A stretch of DNA of 62,754 nt from Phascolarctobacterium sp. (GCA_021203775.1 JAJQAO010000015.1:1-62754), one strand, 5' to 3'. Shown: positions 10,253 to 21,247, numbered from the stretch's first letter. Notes: a model not told the origin generated them from the letters alone. A program made the numbers and translations.

Positions 10253-13200
10253 TTATTCTGGTTGTTCTTCATCTTCATCGTCAGAAATGGTGAAATTACC
10301 CAATTCAGCGATTGGATCATCATTCGGATCATCAGTAGGATCACCATCACCATAATCTTCAAGCAGCTGTTCCCTGTGGAAAGTTTCCTGCTGCCCCTGA
10401 ATGTCTACACCAACTTCACGGGCTGTTTCCGCGATATCATCGTCGTTCTCTCCCAGAACGATTTCATCCTCATTATCGTCAAGTACCTTAATATCAAGGG
10501 CAATACTCTGCAGTTCCTTGACCAATACCTTAAAGGATTCAGGAATGCCAGGATCGGGAACATTCTCACCTTTTACTATCGCTTCGTAGGTTTTAACACG
10601 GCCTACAACATCATCCGATTTAACTGTTAAAATTTCTTGTAGAGTGTAAGCGGCACCATAAGCTTCAAGTGCCCAAACCTCCATCTCGCCAAACCTCTGC
10701 CCACCAAACTGCGCTTTGCCGCCCAAAGGCTGCTGGGTGACAAGTGAATATGGTCCAGTACTGCGGGCATGAATTTTATCATCAACCAAATGGTGCAGTT
10801 TCATCATATACGTCAGCCCTACGGTAACTTTGTTATCAAAAGGTTCTCCCGTGCGCCCATCATACAAAATAGTTTTTCCGGTATGATCAATGCCTGCTAA
10901 CTCCAGCGCCTCAGCAATATCCTGTTCACGGGCACCATCGAATACAGGTACAGAAATCTGCACGGCGCGTATACTCTGATCGCCAAATTTATCAATTTCT
11001 ACCGTTTCTGGTATACCGTATTTTTTCGTATCATAACCAAATTTATTCAATCTCTTTGCCAAGCCCTTGGTATTGCCGACTATCTCCATGCCTAAAGCAC
11101 GGGCAGCCCATCCCAAGTGATTTTCCAAAATCTGACCTATGTTCATACGAGAAGGTACACCTAAGGGATTCAAAACAATATGTACTGGCTCACCGCTAGG
11201 CAGGAAAGGCATATCTTCACGGGCCATAATACGTGAAACAACGCCCTTATTACCATGCCGTCCAGCCATTTTATCGCCCTCGGAAATCTTGCGTTTCTGG
11301 GCAATGTGCACACGCACCTGTTCATTAACTCCTGGCGGCAAATCATCTCCATTCTCGCGGCTGAAAACCTTAACGCTGACAATCTTGCCGGCTTCGCCAT
11401 GAGGTACACGCAAAGAACTGTCACGCACTTCACGTGCCTTTTCGCCAAAAATAGCTCTCAGCAGCCGTTCTTCCGCAGTTAATTCTGTTTCACCTTTTGG
11501 CGTTACTTTACCTACCAGAATATCCCCCGGGCGAACCTCTGCCCCAATACGGATGATACCACTCTCATCCAAATCTTTCAGTGAATCCTCGGAAACATTG
11601 GGAATCTCACGGGTAATCTCTTCTTTTCCCAACTTAGTATCGCGGGCATCACAATCATATTCTTCAATATGGATTGAAGTAAAAACATCAGCTTTTACCA
11701 AATCCTCGCTCAACAAAACAGCGTCCTCGTAATTATAGCCTTCCCAGGGCATATACGCTACGATAACGTTATGTCCAAGAGCAAGTTCTCCATGATCTGT
11801 GGCAGGGCCATCTGCCAAAACCTGACCGGCTTTAACCTTATCTCCTCTTGAGACGATGGGGCGCTGATTTATGCATGTTCCCTGATTGGAACGCATAAAT
11901 TTCAGCAGCGGATATACATCCGTTTCGCCATTCCTGGCACGTATACAGATCTCGTTGCCTACGACTCTTTCTACAACACCTGCGCGTTTTGCCAATACGC
12001 AAACGCCGGAGTCAGCTGCTACTTTATACTCCATACCAGTACCAATAATAGGCGCCTGAGTACAAAGCAGCGGCACTGCCTGACGCTGCATGTTAGCTCC
12101 CATAAGAGCTCTGTTGGCATCATCATTTTCCAAGAATGGAATAAGAGCTGTAGCAATGGATACTACCTGCTTAGGAGAAACGTCCATCAAATCAACTCTA
12201 TTTGGCGGCAAAGAGAGTACATCGTCCTTGAACCGTGCAGTAACACGTTCACCTAAAAAATAACCGTTTTCATCCAATGGCTCATTTGCCTGGGCCACAA
12301 TATATTTATCTTCCTCATCGGCTGTCATATAAACGACTTCATCTGTTACCCTCTTGTTTTCCTTATCAACCCGGCGATAAGGAGTCTCCATAAATCCGTA
12401 TTTATTAATTATGGCATAAGTGGACAAAGAACCTATCAGTCCAATGTTAGGTCCTTCAGGGGTTTCTATGGGGCACATGCGGCCATAGTGGGAGTTATGC
12501 ACATCGCGAACTTCGTAACCAGCACGTTCACGACTCAGTCCGCCAGGCCCAAGGGCAGACAACCGTCTTTTATGCGTTAATTCTGCCAATGGATTATTCT
12601 GATCCATGAACTGAGATAATTGGCTGCTACCAAAAAATTCCTTAATTGCAGCCACCACTGGACGGATATTTATAAGTGCCTGAGGAGTAATGACTTCAGT
12701 ATCCTGAATAGTCATCCGTTCCTTAACGACTCTTTCCATGCGTGCCAGCCCAATACGGAATTGGTTCTGAAGTAATTCACCAACACATCTTACACGACGG
12801 TTTCCCAAATGGTCAATATCATCACCTTTGCCATAACCATCCATCAAGTTAAGAAGATAATTAAAGGAAACCACTACATCTGCCTTTTTTACCGTGCGTC
12901 TACTTTCATGAATCCCAACGGTAAACAGCATTACCATCTCGCCATCTTTGTGCTGCACTTTTATCTTGCCAAATTCTTCTTTTTCAAAAATTCCGCTGGC
13001 ATCAATTTTCTCTAAATTATCATCATTTATTTCAGTGCCTTTTGGCAAAATAATTTCACCGGTATCTTTATTAACCAGATGCTCTTTGAGTTTAGTTCCT
13101 TTTAATCTATCCCACCAACCACGATAAACTCCACTATCCTCTACGATATCCAGATTCTTATCATTCATCTCAGTGCCTTTTGGCAGAATAGTTTTGCCAT

Positions 13201-14110
13201 TTTTATTAAGCAGGGGCTCCGCGAGTATCATTCCCCGCAAACGATTACGCCAACCAAGTTTTTTATTTAATTTATACCGCCCTACGCTAGCCAAATCGTA
13301 CCGTTTTTTATCAAAAAAGATACCTTTTATAAGTTGTTCAGCATTTTCTAAGGTAGGGGGTTCACCTGGGCGCAATTTTTTATAAATCTCAACTAATGCT
13401 TCATTTTTATCGTATGTGGAATCCTTTTCCAAAGTTTTTGTAATATATGGATTTTCACCAAAAAGTTCCAATATTTCATCATTAGTAGAGGTGGAATTAT
13501 CCATATCCATGGCCCGTAATAAAACTGTTGCCGGCAGTTTTCTAGTACGGTCAACCCTGGCATAAATAATATCATTGACGTCGGTTTCATATTCAATCCA
13601 AGCTCCGCGGTTGGGAATAACGGTTGTTCCATATAATTTCTTTCCGCTGGAATCCATGTCCACCGCATAATAAACCCCTGGAGAGCGCACCAACTGACTT
13701 ACTATAACACGTTCAGCACCATTAATGATAAATGTGCCTGTGTCCGTCATCAATGGGAAATCCCCCATAAATACTTTTGATTCCTTGATTTCCCCTGTAT
13801 CTTTATAAACCAGATTTACCGTAACGTTCATCGGTGCAGAATAAGATTCATCTCTTTCCTTGCACTCTGCCTCGCTATATTTTGGTTTTCCAAGTTCAAA
13901 ATCCACAAGAGAAAGTTCTAAATTTCCAGTAAAATCTTTAATTGGCGAAATATCACGGAATATTTCACGAAGACCCTCTTTGAGAAACCAATTATATGAT
14001 TTTTTCTGAATATCAACCAAATGAGGCATTGCCAGAACTTCATTGATCCTGGCATAACTATACCTGGTCCTGTTGCCTACCGGAACCGGTTTAAACATCT
14101 GTTCCCTCAC
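10253..14110 (-). CDS. rpoB: DNA-directed RNA polymerase subunit beta
   Basis: 1285-aa ORF with canonical beta motifs ([31 protein letters not shown]-like region, rifampicin cluster [30 protein letters not shown]). Acidic C-terminal tail. The track start is GTG 14110; ATG 14098 with GGTGAGGG upstream is an alternative. Confidence 0.98.
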   Translation of the reverse strand: MREQMFKPVPVGNRTRYSYARINEVLAMPHLVDIQKKSYNWFLKEGLREIFRDISPIKDFTGNLELSLVDFELGKPKYSEAECKERDESYSAPMNVTVNLVYKDTGEIKESKVFMGDFPLMTDTGTFIINGAERVIVSQLVRSPGVYYAVDMDSSGKKLYGTTVIPNRGAWIEYETDVNDIIYARVDRTRKLPATVLLRAMDMDNSTSTNDEILELFGENPYITKTLEKDSTYDKNEALVEIYKKLRPGEPPTLENAEQLIKGIFFDKKRYDLASVGRYKLNKKLGWRNRLRGMILAEPLLNKNGKTILPKGTEMNDKNLDIVEDSGVYRGWWDRLKGTKLKEHLVNKDTGEIILPKGTEINDDNLEKIDASGIFEKEEFGKIKVQHKDGEMVMLFTVGIHESRRTVKKADVVVSFNYLLNLMDGYGKGDDIDHLGNRRVRCVGELLQNQFRIGLARMERVVKERMTIQDTEVITPQALINIRPVVAAIKEFFGSSQLSQFMDQNNPLAELTHKRRLSALGPGGLSRERAGYEVRDVHNSHYGRMCPIETPEGPNIGLIGSLSTYAIINKYGFMETPYRRVDKENKRVTDEVVYMTADEEDKYIVAQANEPLDENGYFLGERVTARFKDDVLSLPPNRVDLMDVSPKQVVSIATALIPFLENDDANRALMGANMQRQAVPLLCTQAPIIGTGMEYKVAADSGVCVLAKRAGVVERVVGNEICIRARNGETDVYPLLKFMRSNQGTCINQRPIVSRGDKVKAGQVLADGPATDHGELALGHNVIVAYMPWEGYNYEDAVLLSEDLVKADVFTSIHIEEYDCDARDTKLGKEEITREIPNVSEDSLKDLDESGIIRIGAEVRPGDILVGKVTPKGETELTAEERLLRAIFGEKAREVRDSSLRVPHGEAGKIVSVKVFSRENGDDLPPGVNEQVRVHIAQKRKISEGDKMAGRHGNKGVVSRIMAREDMPFLPSGEPVHIVLNPLGVPSRMNIGQILENHLGWAARALGMEIVGNTKGLAKRLNKFGYDTKKYGIPETVEIDKFGDQSIRAVQISVPVFDGAREQDIAEALELAGIDHTGKTILYDGRTGEPFDNKVTVGLTYMMKLHHLVDDKIHARSTGPYSLVTQQPLGGKAQFGGQRFGEMEVWALEAYGAAYTLQEILTVKSDDVVGRVKTYEAIVKGENVPDPGIPESFKVLVKELQSIALDIKVLDDNEDEIVLGENDDDIAETAREVGVDIQGQQETFHREQLLEDYGDGDPTDDPNDDPIAELGNFTISDDEDEEQPE

Positions 14111-14152
14111 CCTTTCTTATCAGGCATACATAAATCCGCACTCCATTCCGTG

Positions 14153-14188
14153 ACAAAAAAAACAAGGTTCTTACCACAAGGACCTTGT
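14153..14188 (-). terminator. intrinsic terminator (attenuator) inside the rpoB leader
   Basis: Minus strand reads ACAAGGTCCTT-gtggt-AAGAACCTTGT followed by T8. It ends about 43 nt upstream of the rpoB start and lies downstream of a candidate promoter. Confidence 0.6.
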
Positions 14189-14311
14189 CTGTTGTCTTTG
14201 ATGAATGCGTCTCATCTTTCACCTTATAAGCAAAATACGCCGTTCACCCACTGACCCGACATATCATGTTGTCAATCATACCTGCTTCTATTCCTATTAA
14301 TGTAGTATATT

Positions 14312-14340
14312 ATGATAGCATATAAAATGAATATTGTCAA
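14312..14340 (-). promoter_or_regulatory. candidate rpoB promoter
   Basis: Minus strand: TTGACA (14335-14340), 17-nt spacer, TATCAT (14312-14317). It sits between the yqeY terminator and the leader hairpin. Confidence 0.4.
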
Positions 14341-14390
14341 ATATTTTTATTATTTGCTATTTGGTTTTTTGCAGTACTATCAAATCGTCT

Positions 14391-14427
14391 TAAAACAGAA
14401 AACCGCACTGATTTCAATGCGGTTTTC
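14391..14427 (-). terminator. intrinsic terminator after yqeY
   Basis: GAAAACCGCA-N10-TGCGGTTTTC hairpin directly after the yqeY stop, followed on the minus strand by TGTTTTA. Confidence 0.75.
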
Positions 14428-14431
14428 TTAA

Positions 14432-14881
14432 TTATTTAAGCAATTCTCGTACTATGGCATTAATACGTTTTCCATCGGCACGGCCTTTTGTTCTGGCCAT
14501 AACTGCCGGCATCACCTTTCCCATATCCTTAGGCCCTGCTGCTCCAACTTCAGATATGACCCCTTTCACAATCTTCCTCAGGTCGTCATCGCTTAAAGCT
14601 TCTGGAAGATATTTCCTGATAATACCAATTTCTTCCTCAGCTTGAGCAACCAATTCCATACGGCCAGCCTTTTTGAACTCTTCAAGAGAATCCTGACGCA
14701 TTTTGGCTTCTTTAACTAATACGCCCAAAATCTCATCATCAGTAAGTTCTTTTTTCGTGTTTATCTCCACATTCTTAATATTGGCAAGAACCATACGTAT
14801 GGTAGCAAGACGTAATTTCCCGTTTTCCCTATCCTTCATGGCCTGCTTCATATCTTCAGTCAACTGGGCTTTTATAGACAT
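14432..14881 (-). CDS. yqeY: GatB/YqeY domain protein
   Basis: 149-aa ORF with a YqeY-like sequence (LTEDMKQAMK, EEFKKAGR, GPKDMGKVM). Conserved position immediately after rpsU. Confidence 0.85.
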   Translation of the reverse strand: MSIKAQLTEDMKQAMKDRENGKLRLATIRMVLANIKNVEINTKKELTDDEILGVLVKEAKMRQDSLEEFKKAGRMELVAQAEEEIGIIRKYLPEALSDDDLRKIVKGVISEVGAAGPKDMGKVMPAVMARTKGRADGKRINAIVRELLK

Positions 14882-14896
14882 TACGTACGCCTCCGC

Positions 14897-15073
14897 TTAT
14901 CTGGCTTTACGTTTTCTGGCTGCTTCTGACTTTTTCTTACGGGCAACACTCGGCTTCTCATAATGTTCACGCTTCCTGACCTCAGAAAGAATACCCGCCT
15001 TCTGGGTTGCACGCTTGAATCTGCGCAAAGCACTATCTAAACTTTCATTTTTTCCAACTTTAATTTCTGCCAT
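14897..15073 (-). CDS. rpsU: 30S ribosomal protein S21
   Basis: 58-aa product [21 protein letters not shown]...KRKAR. ATG at 15073 preceded by GGAGGGAGGG. The track ORF is extended upstream to 15190. Confidence 0.9.
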   Translation of the reverse strand: MAEIKVGKNESLDSALRRFKRATQKAGILSEVRKREHYEKPSVARKKKSEAARKRKAR

Positions 15074-15193
15074 CCAATCTCCCTCCCTCCGCACACTTAG
15101 GGAAGTGTATCTGCAATTTGCCGTTACGAATACTTGATATATTCGAAATGTTTGCTGATTAATTATATAAGAAAAGTTACTTATTGTCAAGAT

Positions 15194-15532
15194 TTAGCAA
15201 GGAGGCCAACCCAAGACTTTTCCTCCCAAAAGATGTATATGCAGATGTTTTACGGTCTGCCCTCCTTCTTCCCCTGTATTGATTACCAACCGGAAGCCTT
15301 TTTCTGCTACGCCTGTTTTCTCTGCAATTAATTTTACCTTACTCAGCATATACCCCAATAGTTCAGGACTGGCAGTAACAACGTTATCCGTATGTTGCTT
15401 GGGAAGCAGTAAAACATGAACCGGAGCAGCAGGAGCTACATCGCATACAGCCAGCATTTTATCATCTTCATATACCCTTTCTGATGGAATTTCTCCTTGA
15501 ATGATTCTGCAAAAAATACAATCTTCAGCCAT
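15194..15532 (-). CDS. HIT-family (histidine triad) nucleotide-binding protein
   Basis: 112-aa ORF. CIFCRI N-terminus and histidine triad HLHIHLLGG. Confidence 0.85.
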   Translation of the reverse strand: MAEDCIFCRIIQGEIPSERVYEDDKMLAVCDVAPAAPVHVLLLPKQHTDNVVTASPELLGYMLSKVKLIAEKTGVAEKGFRLVINTGEEGGQTVKHLHIHLLGGKVLGWPPC

Positions 15533-15619
15533 TGGGCCACCTTCCTTATGATCTTAATTGATTAACGTGTTTTATAAATCTTTCTAGTATAGCGGTACTA
15601 AATCCTGCCATATCACAAA

Positions 15620-16939
15620 TTATTTACAAATATCAATAAGTTCTCCCACTACAAAATTACCTTTTGCCTCAATAATTTTTACTCTGCCTATCCTGCCGCA
15701 AGTTTCCACAGCCCCATGCACGATTGCACGTATATAATTACCAGTAAGCCCTTCAATATATCCACTGGCAGCCGGTTGCTCAAACAAAACCTCTGCTTCG
15801 CGGCCTATATTTTTTATTAAGAAATTTTGCTGTTTCTGCTTAGCCAATTCCCCTAAAATGGCGGCTCGTTTCTGCTTAACTGTATTACTTACCTGCAGTG
15901 GCATATTTGCCGCCAGAGTACCTTTACGCCTGGAATATGGAAAAACATGCATCCTGGCAAAATCCTGATTCCGGATAAACTCCAGCCCTTCCAGAAAATC
16001 TTCTTCGCTTTCTCCTGGAAATCCTGTAATAACATCAGTAGTTATGGCTATATCAGGAATGCGATGACGGATATTATCCATAAGACGTGTAAATTCATCA
16101 CTCATATACGGGCGTTTCATGGCCCTTAAAATTTTATCGCAACCGGCCTGCAACGGTAAATGCAGATGTCGGCACAATCTTTCGTCCTGCTCCATTATTG
16201 ATAAAATTCTGTCATCTATTTCTACCGATTCTAACGATCCAAGTCGCAACCGTTTTAGGTCTTTTACACTTAAAGCCGTTTCTATTGCGTCAAAAAGTGT
16301 AAGTTTACCGTCATTTTCTTTACCATAACATCCTAAATGTATGCCAAGTAACACTACTTCCTTATAGCCTGCAGTAACAAGCCTTTCAATCTCCGTGTGT
16401 ATACTAGTTAGACTGCGGCTGCGTAACGGCCCGCGGGCATATGGAATAATACAGTAGCTGCAATATTGGTTGCACCCTTCCTGTATTTTCAAAAAGCCTC
16501 TCGTTTTTCCCGTTTCCGTTCCTGCTCTGAGTTCTTCAAACACTGTGACTTCGTTAATTGTCTGTACATTATCCATAATCTCAGCCTTTTTATCATGATA
16601 AAAAGCTGCTTCTACAATTTCGACAATTCTATTCCGCTCTTGATTTCCGACAATCACATCAATTCCCTTTATTGCTCTTAATTCTTCAGCTGCAGTCTGG
16701 GGATAACATCCAGTTACTACTGTCAATGCTTTTGGGGTACGCCGCAAAACACGGTTAATAATCTGTCTGGATTTGCGTTGCCCAATATTGGTTACTACAC
16801 ATGTATTGATTAAATATATATCAGCCTGCTCGTCAAACCCTACTACTGTGTATCCTTTTTGACGAAAAAGATCCTCCATACTGGCAGTATCGGCCTGATT
16901 AACTTTGCAGCCTAAAGTATAAAATGCAATTCTTTTCAT
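15620..16939 (-). CDS. mtaB: MiaB-like tRNA methylthiotransferase (MtaB/YqeV type)
   Basis: 439-aa ORF. UPF0004 N-domain (FYTLGCKVNQ), radical-SAM CNQYCSYC motif and a TRAM-like C-terminus. Conserved prmA-rsmE-mtaB order. Confidence 0.85.
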   Translation of the reverse strand: MKRIAFYTLGCKVNQADTASMEDLFRQKGYTVVGFDEQADIYLINTCVVTNIGQRKSRQIINRVLRRTPKALTVVTGCYPQTAAEELRAIKGIDVIVGNQERNRIVEIVEAAFYHDKKAEIMDNVQTINEVTVFEELRAGTETGKTRGFLKIQEGCNQYCSYCIIPYARGPLRSRSLTSIHTEIERLVTAGYKEVVLLGIHLGCYGKENDGKLTLFDAIETALSVKDLKRLRLGSLESVEIDDRILSIMEQDERLCRHLHLPLQAGCDKILRAMKRPYMSDEFTRLMDNIRHRIPDIAITTDVITGFPGESEEDFLEGLEFIRNQDFARMHVFPYSRRKGTLAANMPLQVSNTVKQKRAAILGELAKQKQQNFLIKNIGREAEVLFEQPAASGYIEGLTGNYIRAIVHGAVETCGRIGRVKIIEAKGNFVVGELIDICK

Positions 16940-16946
16940 GTGTGCC

Positions 16947-17681
16947 CTAATCTCCTAAGTCTCCCATTTCGTAAAATACTGCAGCCATTACTACCAATCC
17001 GGCAGTTTCTGTGCGTAAGATGCGCTTTCCTAATGTTACAGGAACTGCTCCCGCGTCTTTAGCCTGCTGCAATTCCTGTTCACTAATACCTCCCTCAGGT
17101 CCTATTATGAGCATCAGTTCTTTTACAGGTTTTGCTTTACAGAGTGCTTTTTTTAAACTCGTTTGATCTTCGCATTCATAAGCTATAAATTTAACATCAC
17201 AATCATGATCATCAAGAAACTGTTCAAAGGTTTTAACGGGATAAATTTCAGGGATAATATCGCGTTTACTCTGCTTTGCTGCAGATTCTGCTATTTTTTG
17301 CCAGCGTTCCACTTTCCTTTCTGCTTTTATATCATCCAGCTTTATTATTGAATGTTCCATAGCTATAGGAATTATACTGAAAACACCAAGTTCTACTGCT
17401 TTTTGCACAATAAAGTCCATCTTTTCGCCCTTTGCAAGACCCTGTGCCAGAATAATCCTAACTGACGGTTCGTGACATTCTTCAAGTTTTCTCAGGCAAT
17501 GTACAGTGACATTATTGTCCTTAAGTGCAGTTATTTCCCCTATTGCCCTGATACCATCATTGCTTACTATCTGCAGCTTGTCGCCAATTTGCATTCTCAG
17601 TACTTTATTAATATGCCGGGCATCTACCCCTGTAATATTCATTTTTTCGCCATAAAGCTTTGGAATAAAAAACCTGTGCAA
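16947..17681 (-). CDS. rsmE: 16S rRNA (uracil1498-N3)-methyltransferase
   Basis: RsmE motifs (IIGPEGGISEQE, LGKRILRTETA). Start placed at TTG 17681 (LHRFFIP, matching the conserved MHRFF N-terminus), with GAGGTG 6 nt upstream and 5 nt after the prmA stop. The track ORF runs to 17717. Confidence 0.85.
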   Translation of the reverse strand: MHRFFIPKLYGEKMNITGVDARHINKVLRMQIGDKLQIVSNDGIRAIGEITALKDNNVTVHCLRKLEECHEPSVRIILAQGLAKGEKMDFIVQKAVELGVFSIIPIAMEHSIIKLDDIKAERKVERWQKIAESAAKQSKRDIIPEIYPVKTFEQFLDDHDCDVKFIAYECEDQTSLKKALCKAKPVKELMLIIGPEGGISEQELQQAKDAGAVPVTLGKRILRTETAGLVVMAAVFYEMGDLGD

Positions 17682-17686
17682 TTTCG

Positions 17687-18616
17687 TCACCTCATGCCCA
17701 TCTGCATCATTAGCCAATCGCCATTTTCCTCCATATAATCAACTTTCATCCCTACTGCTTCCGCAGCTGCAGTAATATCTTCCTGTCTATCTTTAATAAT
17801 GCCGCTGGCAAGAAAAATACCATTGGGTTTAAGCTTTTTAGGAACGTCCTGTAATAATTCAATAATTACATCGGCAATAATATTACCTATAATCACATCC
17901 GCCAAACCTTTGACTGATTGCAGCAGGTCACTGTGAAAAACATCAATCTTTCCATCCAGCCCGTTCATCTTGACATTGTCTTTAGCTATGCGCACAGCCA
18001 GCGGGTCAATATCTGCCGCCAAAACACTTTCAGCCCCTAGCATAGCTGCCGTAATAGCCAAAATGCCGCTGCCGGTACCTACATCAAATACAGTGGCATG
18101 CTGCGGTAATATCTTTTCCAGCCGTGTAATACACATACATGTAGTACTATGCGTACCAGTTCCAAAACTCATTCCTGGATCAATTTCTATTACGCATTCT
18201 CCAACCTGAGGAGCATATTCCTCCCAACTTGGTTTTATTACTATCTTTTCTCCCACGTGAGTAACATGAAAATACCGTTTCCACTCATTGGCCCAGTCTT
18301 TTTCAAATAATTTTTGAAAATAAATTCCCACGTAGGCCCTGCCGGTACGTTTTTCTACCAAATACAGCTCTTTCCTGATCTGCTCCAATTGCTCCGGCAG
18401 TTTCTCACCATCTTCATAATAAGCAGTAACAGCAACAGTACCATTATCTTTTTGTTCGGAAATACCGCATAGTTCGCGAGGAATACTGCTGCGCAAATCA
18501 TTTACCAATTCCGGATCTTCGACAGATACGCCCTGCGCGCCAGCGGCAATCAAAATATCGCTTACTGCTTCCATCTCTTCACGATATACACGTATTTTAA
18601 CTTCTATCCATCTCAT
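17687..18616 (-). CDS. prmA: ribosomal protein L11 methyltransferase
   Basis: MRWIEVKI N-terminus and SAM-binding motif VFDVGTGSGILAI. ATG 18616 preceded by AGAGGAGA. The track ORF extends to 18676. Confidence 0.9.
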   Translation of the reverse strand: MRWIEVKIRVYREEMEAVSDILIAAGAQGVSVEDPELVNDLRSSIPRELCGISEQKDNGTVAVTAYYEDGEKLPEQLEQIRKELYLVEKRTGRAYVGIYFQKLFEKDWANEWKRYFHVTHVGEKIVIKPSWEEYAPQVGECVIEIDPGMSFGTGTHSTTCMCITRLEKILPQHATVFDVGTGSGILAITAAMLGAESVLAADIDPLAVRIAKDNVKMNGLDGKIDVFHSDLLQSVKGLADVIIGNIIADVIIELLQDVPKKLKPNGIFLASGIIKDRQEDITAAAEAVGMKVDYMEENGDWLMMQMGMR

Positions 18617-18719
18617 TTTTATCTCCTCTGCAATCGCTACGCTAAGTATAGCACAATAAACATAATTCACCAACAAGTCCCTGTTACATGGTTAACAGCT
18701 CTAAATTGGCTGGCAATTA

Positions 18720-18756
18720 AAATAAAGAAAAGCAGAAAACATGTTTTCTGCTTTTC
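18720..18756 (-). terminator. intrinsic terminator after pheT
   Basis: GAAAAGCAGAAAAC-AT-GTTTTCTGCTTTTC hairpin followed by a T-rich run on the minus strand. Confidence 0.8.
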
Positions 18757-18804
18757 CCAAACCACAATTGTAGCTAAGCTGTTTTTATTGATTTAAATGC
18801 TCAT

Positions 18805-21234
18805 TCATGCGCGCAGCATAGCCTTGTATTCTTCGCCGACTCCGGCAATGACTTCTTTTATGCTGGCGTCAACCTCAGTATCCGTCAAAGTACGGTCATC
18901 AGCCTGATATGTAAGATTAAATGCCATAGACTTGCAACCTGACGCAACCTGTTTACCAGTATAAACATCAAAGATTCTTACATCCATCAGATATTTTCCC
19001 CCGTGCTCGCGGATAACATGTTCTAATTCAGCATTAGTCACTTCTGCAGGTACTACAACTGATATATCACGGCTCATGCTTGGATATTTTGGCAGATGAT
19101 GATAATGTGGCACTGCAACGGCTGTGGATATTAATGGTTTTATATCTATCTCCAAGAGATATACTTCCTGATTCAGGCCGAAAGATTCCTGCACCTGCGG
19201 ATGTACTTCGCCAAACCAGCCTGCAATTTCCCCATCAATAAGAATGGAGCAACTTTTACCAGGGTGCAAATAAGGAACCGTACACAATTTTAATTCATAA
19301 GAGTTCATCTGCATTCTGGACAGCAGTCCCTCCACTATTCCTTTCATGTCATAAAAATCAAAACTGTCCCTGCATTCACACCAATTCAGATCGTTGCGTT
19401 TTCCGCCCATCAAAGCGCACAGCACCGAACGTTCTTCAGGAAATTCCTTGAGCGGTAATGCATCAGGCAGATAGACACGTCCTATTTCAAATATTTCTAC
19501 GCTGCTTTGCTGCCTAGCTAAATTATACGCAGCAGCATTCAAAAGGCTGGCTGCCATAGTAGTACGCATCACCTTAAAGTCATCAGTAATGGGATTTAAT
19601 AAATCAATGCACCGGCGTCTTTTGTCATCTTTCGGCAACCGCAGCATATCAAAATACTGAGGGTTTATGAAACTATAGGTCATAACCTCACTCATGCCCT
19701 CTCCAATCATATAATCCTGGATATCGTCCTTGACATCTTCAATAACAGCCTGATAACCCTGCGTGAGACTTAAAACAGGTAAATGGGATTTTATATGTTC
19801 CAGCCCATGCATTCTTGCAATTTCTTCACTGATATCTGCTCCACAAGTTATATCGTTCCGCCAGCTTGGAACAGTAATAACCAAAGCACTCCCTTCATCT
19901 TCTACCTTGAAATCCAAATCCGTCAATGTTTTTATCATTTCTTCCTTACTTATCTCAATGCCAATGCGGTCATTAATCTGCTTTGTAGTAATTTTTATTA
20001 ACGGAAGTTCTATTTTCTTGGGATATGCTTCCACAATACCGGCAACCGTAGTACAGGAACCCATGTTTTCAAGTAAATTTGCTGCCCTGTTTAATGCGTT
20101 ATGGTTTAAAACAGTATCAACACCGCGCTCAAAACGTCCACTAGCCTCACTGCGCAACCCAAGAGCACGGGAAGTTCTGCGGATACTTGCACCGTTAAAA
20201 GTAGCCGCCTCAAGTAAAACATTTACCGTATTATCAGTAACTTCCGTTTCCAAGCCGCCCATAACACCACCTAAACCTATAGCATGTTCAGGATCGGCAA
20301 TGGTAATCATTGACGTATTAAGAATACGTTCCTGACCATCTAAAGTTATAAGCTTTTCTCCCTCTGCTGCACGACGGACAATAATTGTATGGCCCGATAC
20401 CTTGTCATAATCATAGGCATGCATTGGCTGTCCAAGTTCCAGCATAACATAGTTGGTGACATCAACCACATTGCTAATCGGACGGATGCCACAAGCCCGC
20501 AGGCGCCTCTGCATCCATTCCGGAGAAGGGGAAATACGAATATCCTTCAAAATACGCACGCCAAAACGGCTGCATAAATCGGCTGCGTCAATTTTTATAA
20601 CAGCCATATCAGCGGCATTGCCTCCGGCTGTTTCTTTTACTTCAAAATCCGGCATTTTAAGCCTGCTACCGGTTACCGCCGCAATCTCCCGGGCCAAGCC
20701 AATAATGCTGAAGCAATCGGCCCGATTAGCTGTAAGGTCAATATCAATGACTACATCATTTAAACCTAAAACATCTTTAATATCCATTCCAATAGGAGTA
20801 TTCGATGGTAAAATGAAAATTCCGTTTCTTTGCTCCGGTAATAGCAGCTTGCTGTCAATCCCCAGTTCCTCTGCGCTGCAAAGCATTCCGAAAGAATCCA
20901 AACCGCGCATTTTTGCTTTCTTAAGTTTCATACCGTTAGGCAGGCAGCTGCCCACAACGGCCACCGGCACTATATCATTTTGGTGTACATTCTGCGCTCC
21001 GGTAAGAATCTGGACTATGCCTTGCCCGTAATCCATCATGCAAACCCACAGGTGATCAGAATCAGGATGACGATAAATGTCGGTCACTTTGCCAGTAACG
21101 ACCCCTTCGATACCTTCGCCCAAATAGGTAACCGTCTCTACCTCCAAACCGATTCCAGTGATTTTTTCCACTAACTCATCCACTGAGATATTTATATCAA
21201 CATACTGTTTCAGCCAATCCAAAGATGCTAACAC
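18805..21234 (-). CDS. pheT: phenylalanine--tRNA ligase beta subunit
   Basis: 809-aa ORF with tRNA-binding, B3/4, B5 and FDX-ACB domain order. GTG start with AAGGGGGG upstream, 13 nt after pheS. Confidence 0.97.
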   Translation of the reverse strand: MLASLDWLKQYVDINISVDELVEKITGIGLEVETVTYLGEGIEGVVTGKVTDIYRHPDSDHLWVCMMDYGQGIVQILTGAQNVHQNDIVPVAVVGSCLPNGMKLKKAKMRGLDSFGMLCSAEELGIDSKLLLPEQRNGIFILPSNTPIGMDIKDVLGLNDVVIDIDLTANRADCFSIIGLAREIAAVTGSRLKMPDFEVKETAGGNAADMAVIKIDAADLCSRFGVRILKDIRISPSPEWMQRRLRACGIRPISNVVDVTNYVMLELGQPMHAYDYDKVSGHTIIVRRAAEGEKLITLDGQERILNTSMITIADPEHAIGLGGVMGGLETEVTDNTVNVLLEAATFNGASIRRTSRALGLRSEASGRFERGVDTVLNHNALNRAANLLENMGSCTTVAGIVEAYPKKIELPLIKITTKQINDRIGIEISKEEMIKTLTDLDFKVEDEGSALVITVPSWRNDITCGADISEEIARMHGLEHIKSHLPVLSLTQGYQAVIEDVKDDIQDYMIGEGMSEVMTYSFINPQYFDMLRLPKDDKRRRCIDLLNPITDDFKVMRTTMAASLLNAAAYNLARQQSSVEIFEIGRVYLPDALPLKEFPEERSVLCALMGGKRNDLNWCECRDSFDFYDMKGIVEGLLSRMQMNSYELKLCTVPYLHPGKSCSILIDGEIAGWFGEVHPQVQESFGLNQEVYLLEIDIKPLISTAVAVPHYHHLPKYPSMSRDISVVVPAEVTNAELEHVIREHGGKYLMDVRIFDVYTGKQVASGCKSMAFNLTYQADDRTLTDTEVDASIKEVIAGVGEEYKAMLRA

Positions 21235-21247
21235 TTATAATCCCCCC

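Noticed and set aside
19763-21031. Two ~190-aa antisense ORFs inside pheT (19763..20335 and 20453..21031).
   Set aside because: Same reasoning: antisense-frame artefacts with low-complexity Ser/Pro/Ala composition and no ribosome-binding sites.
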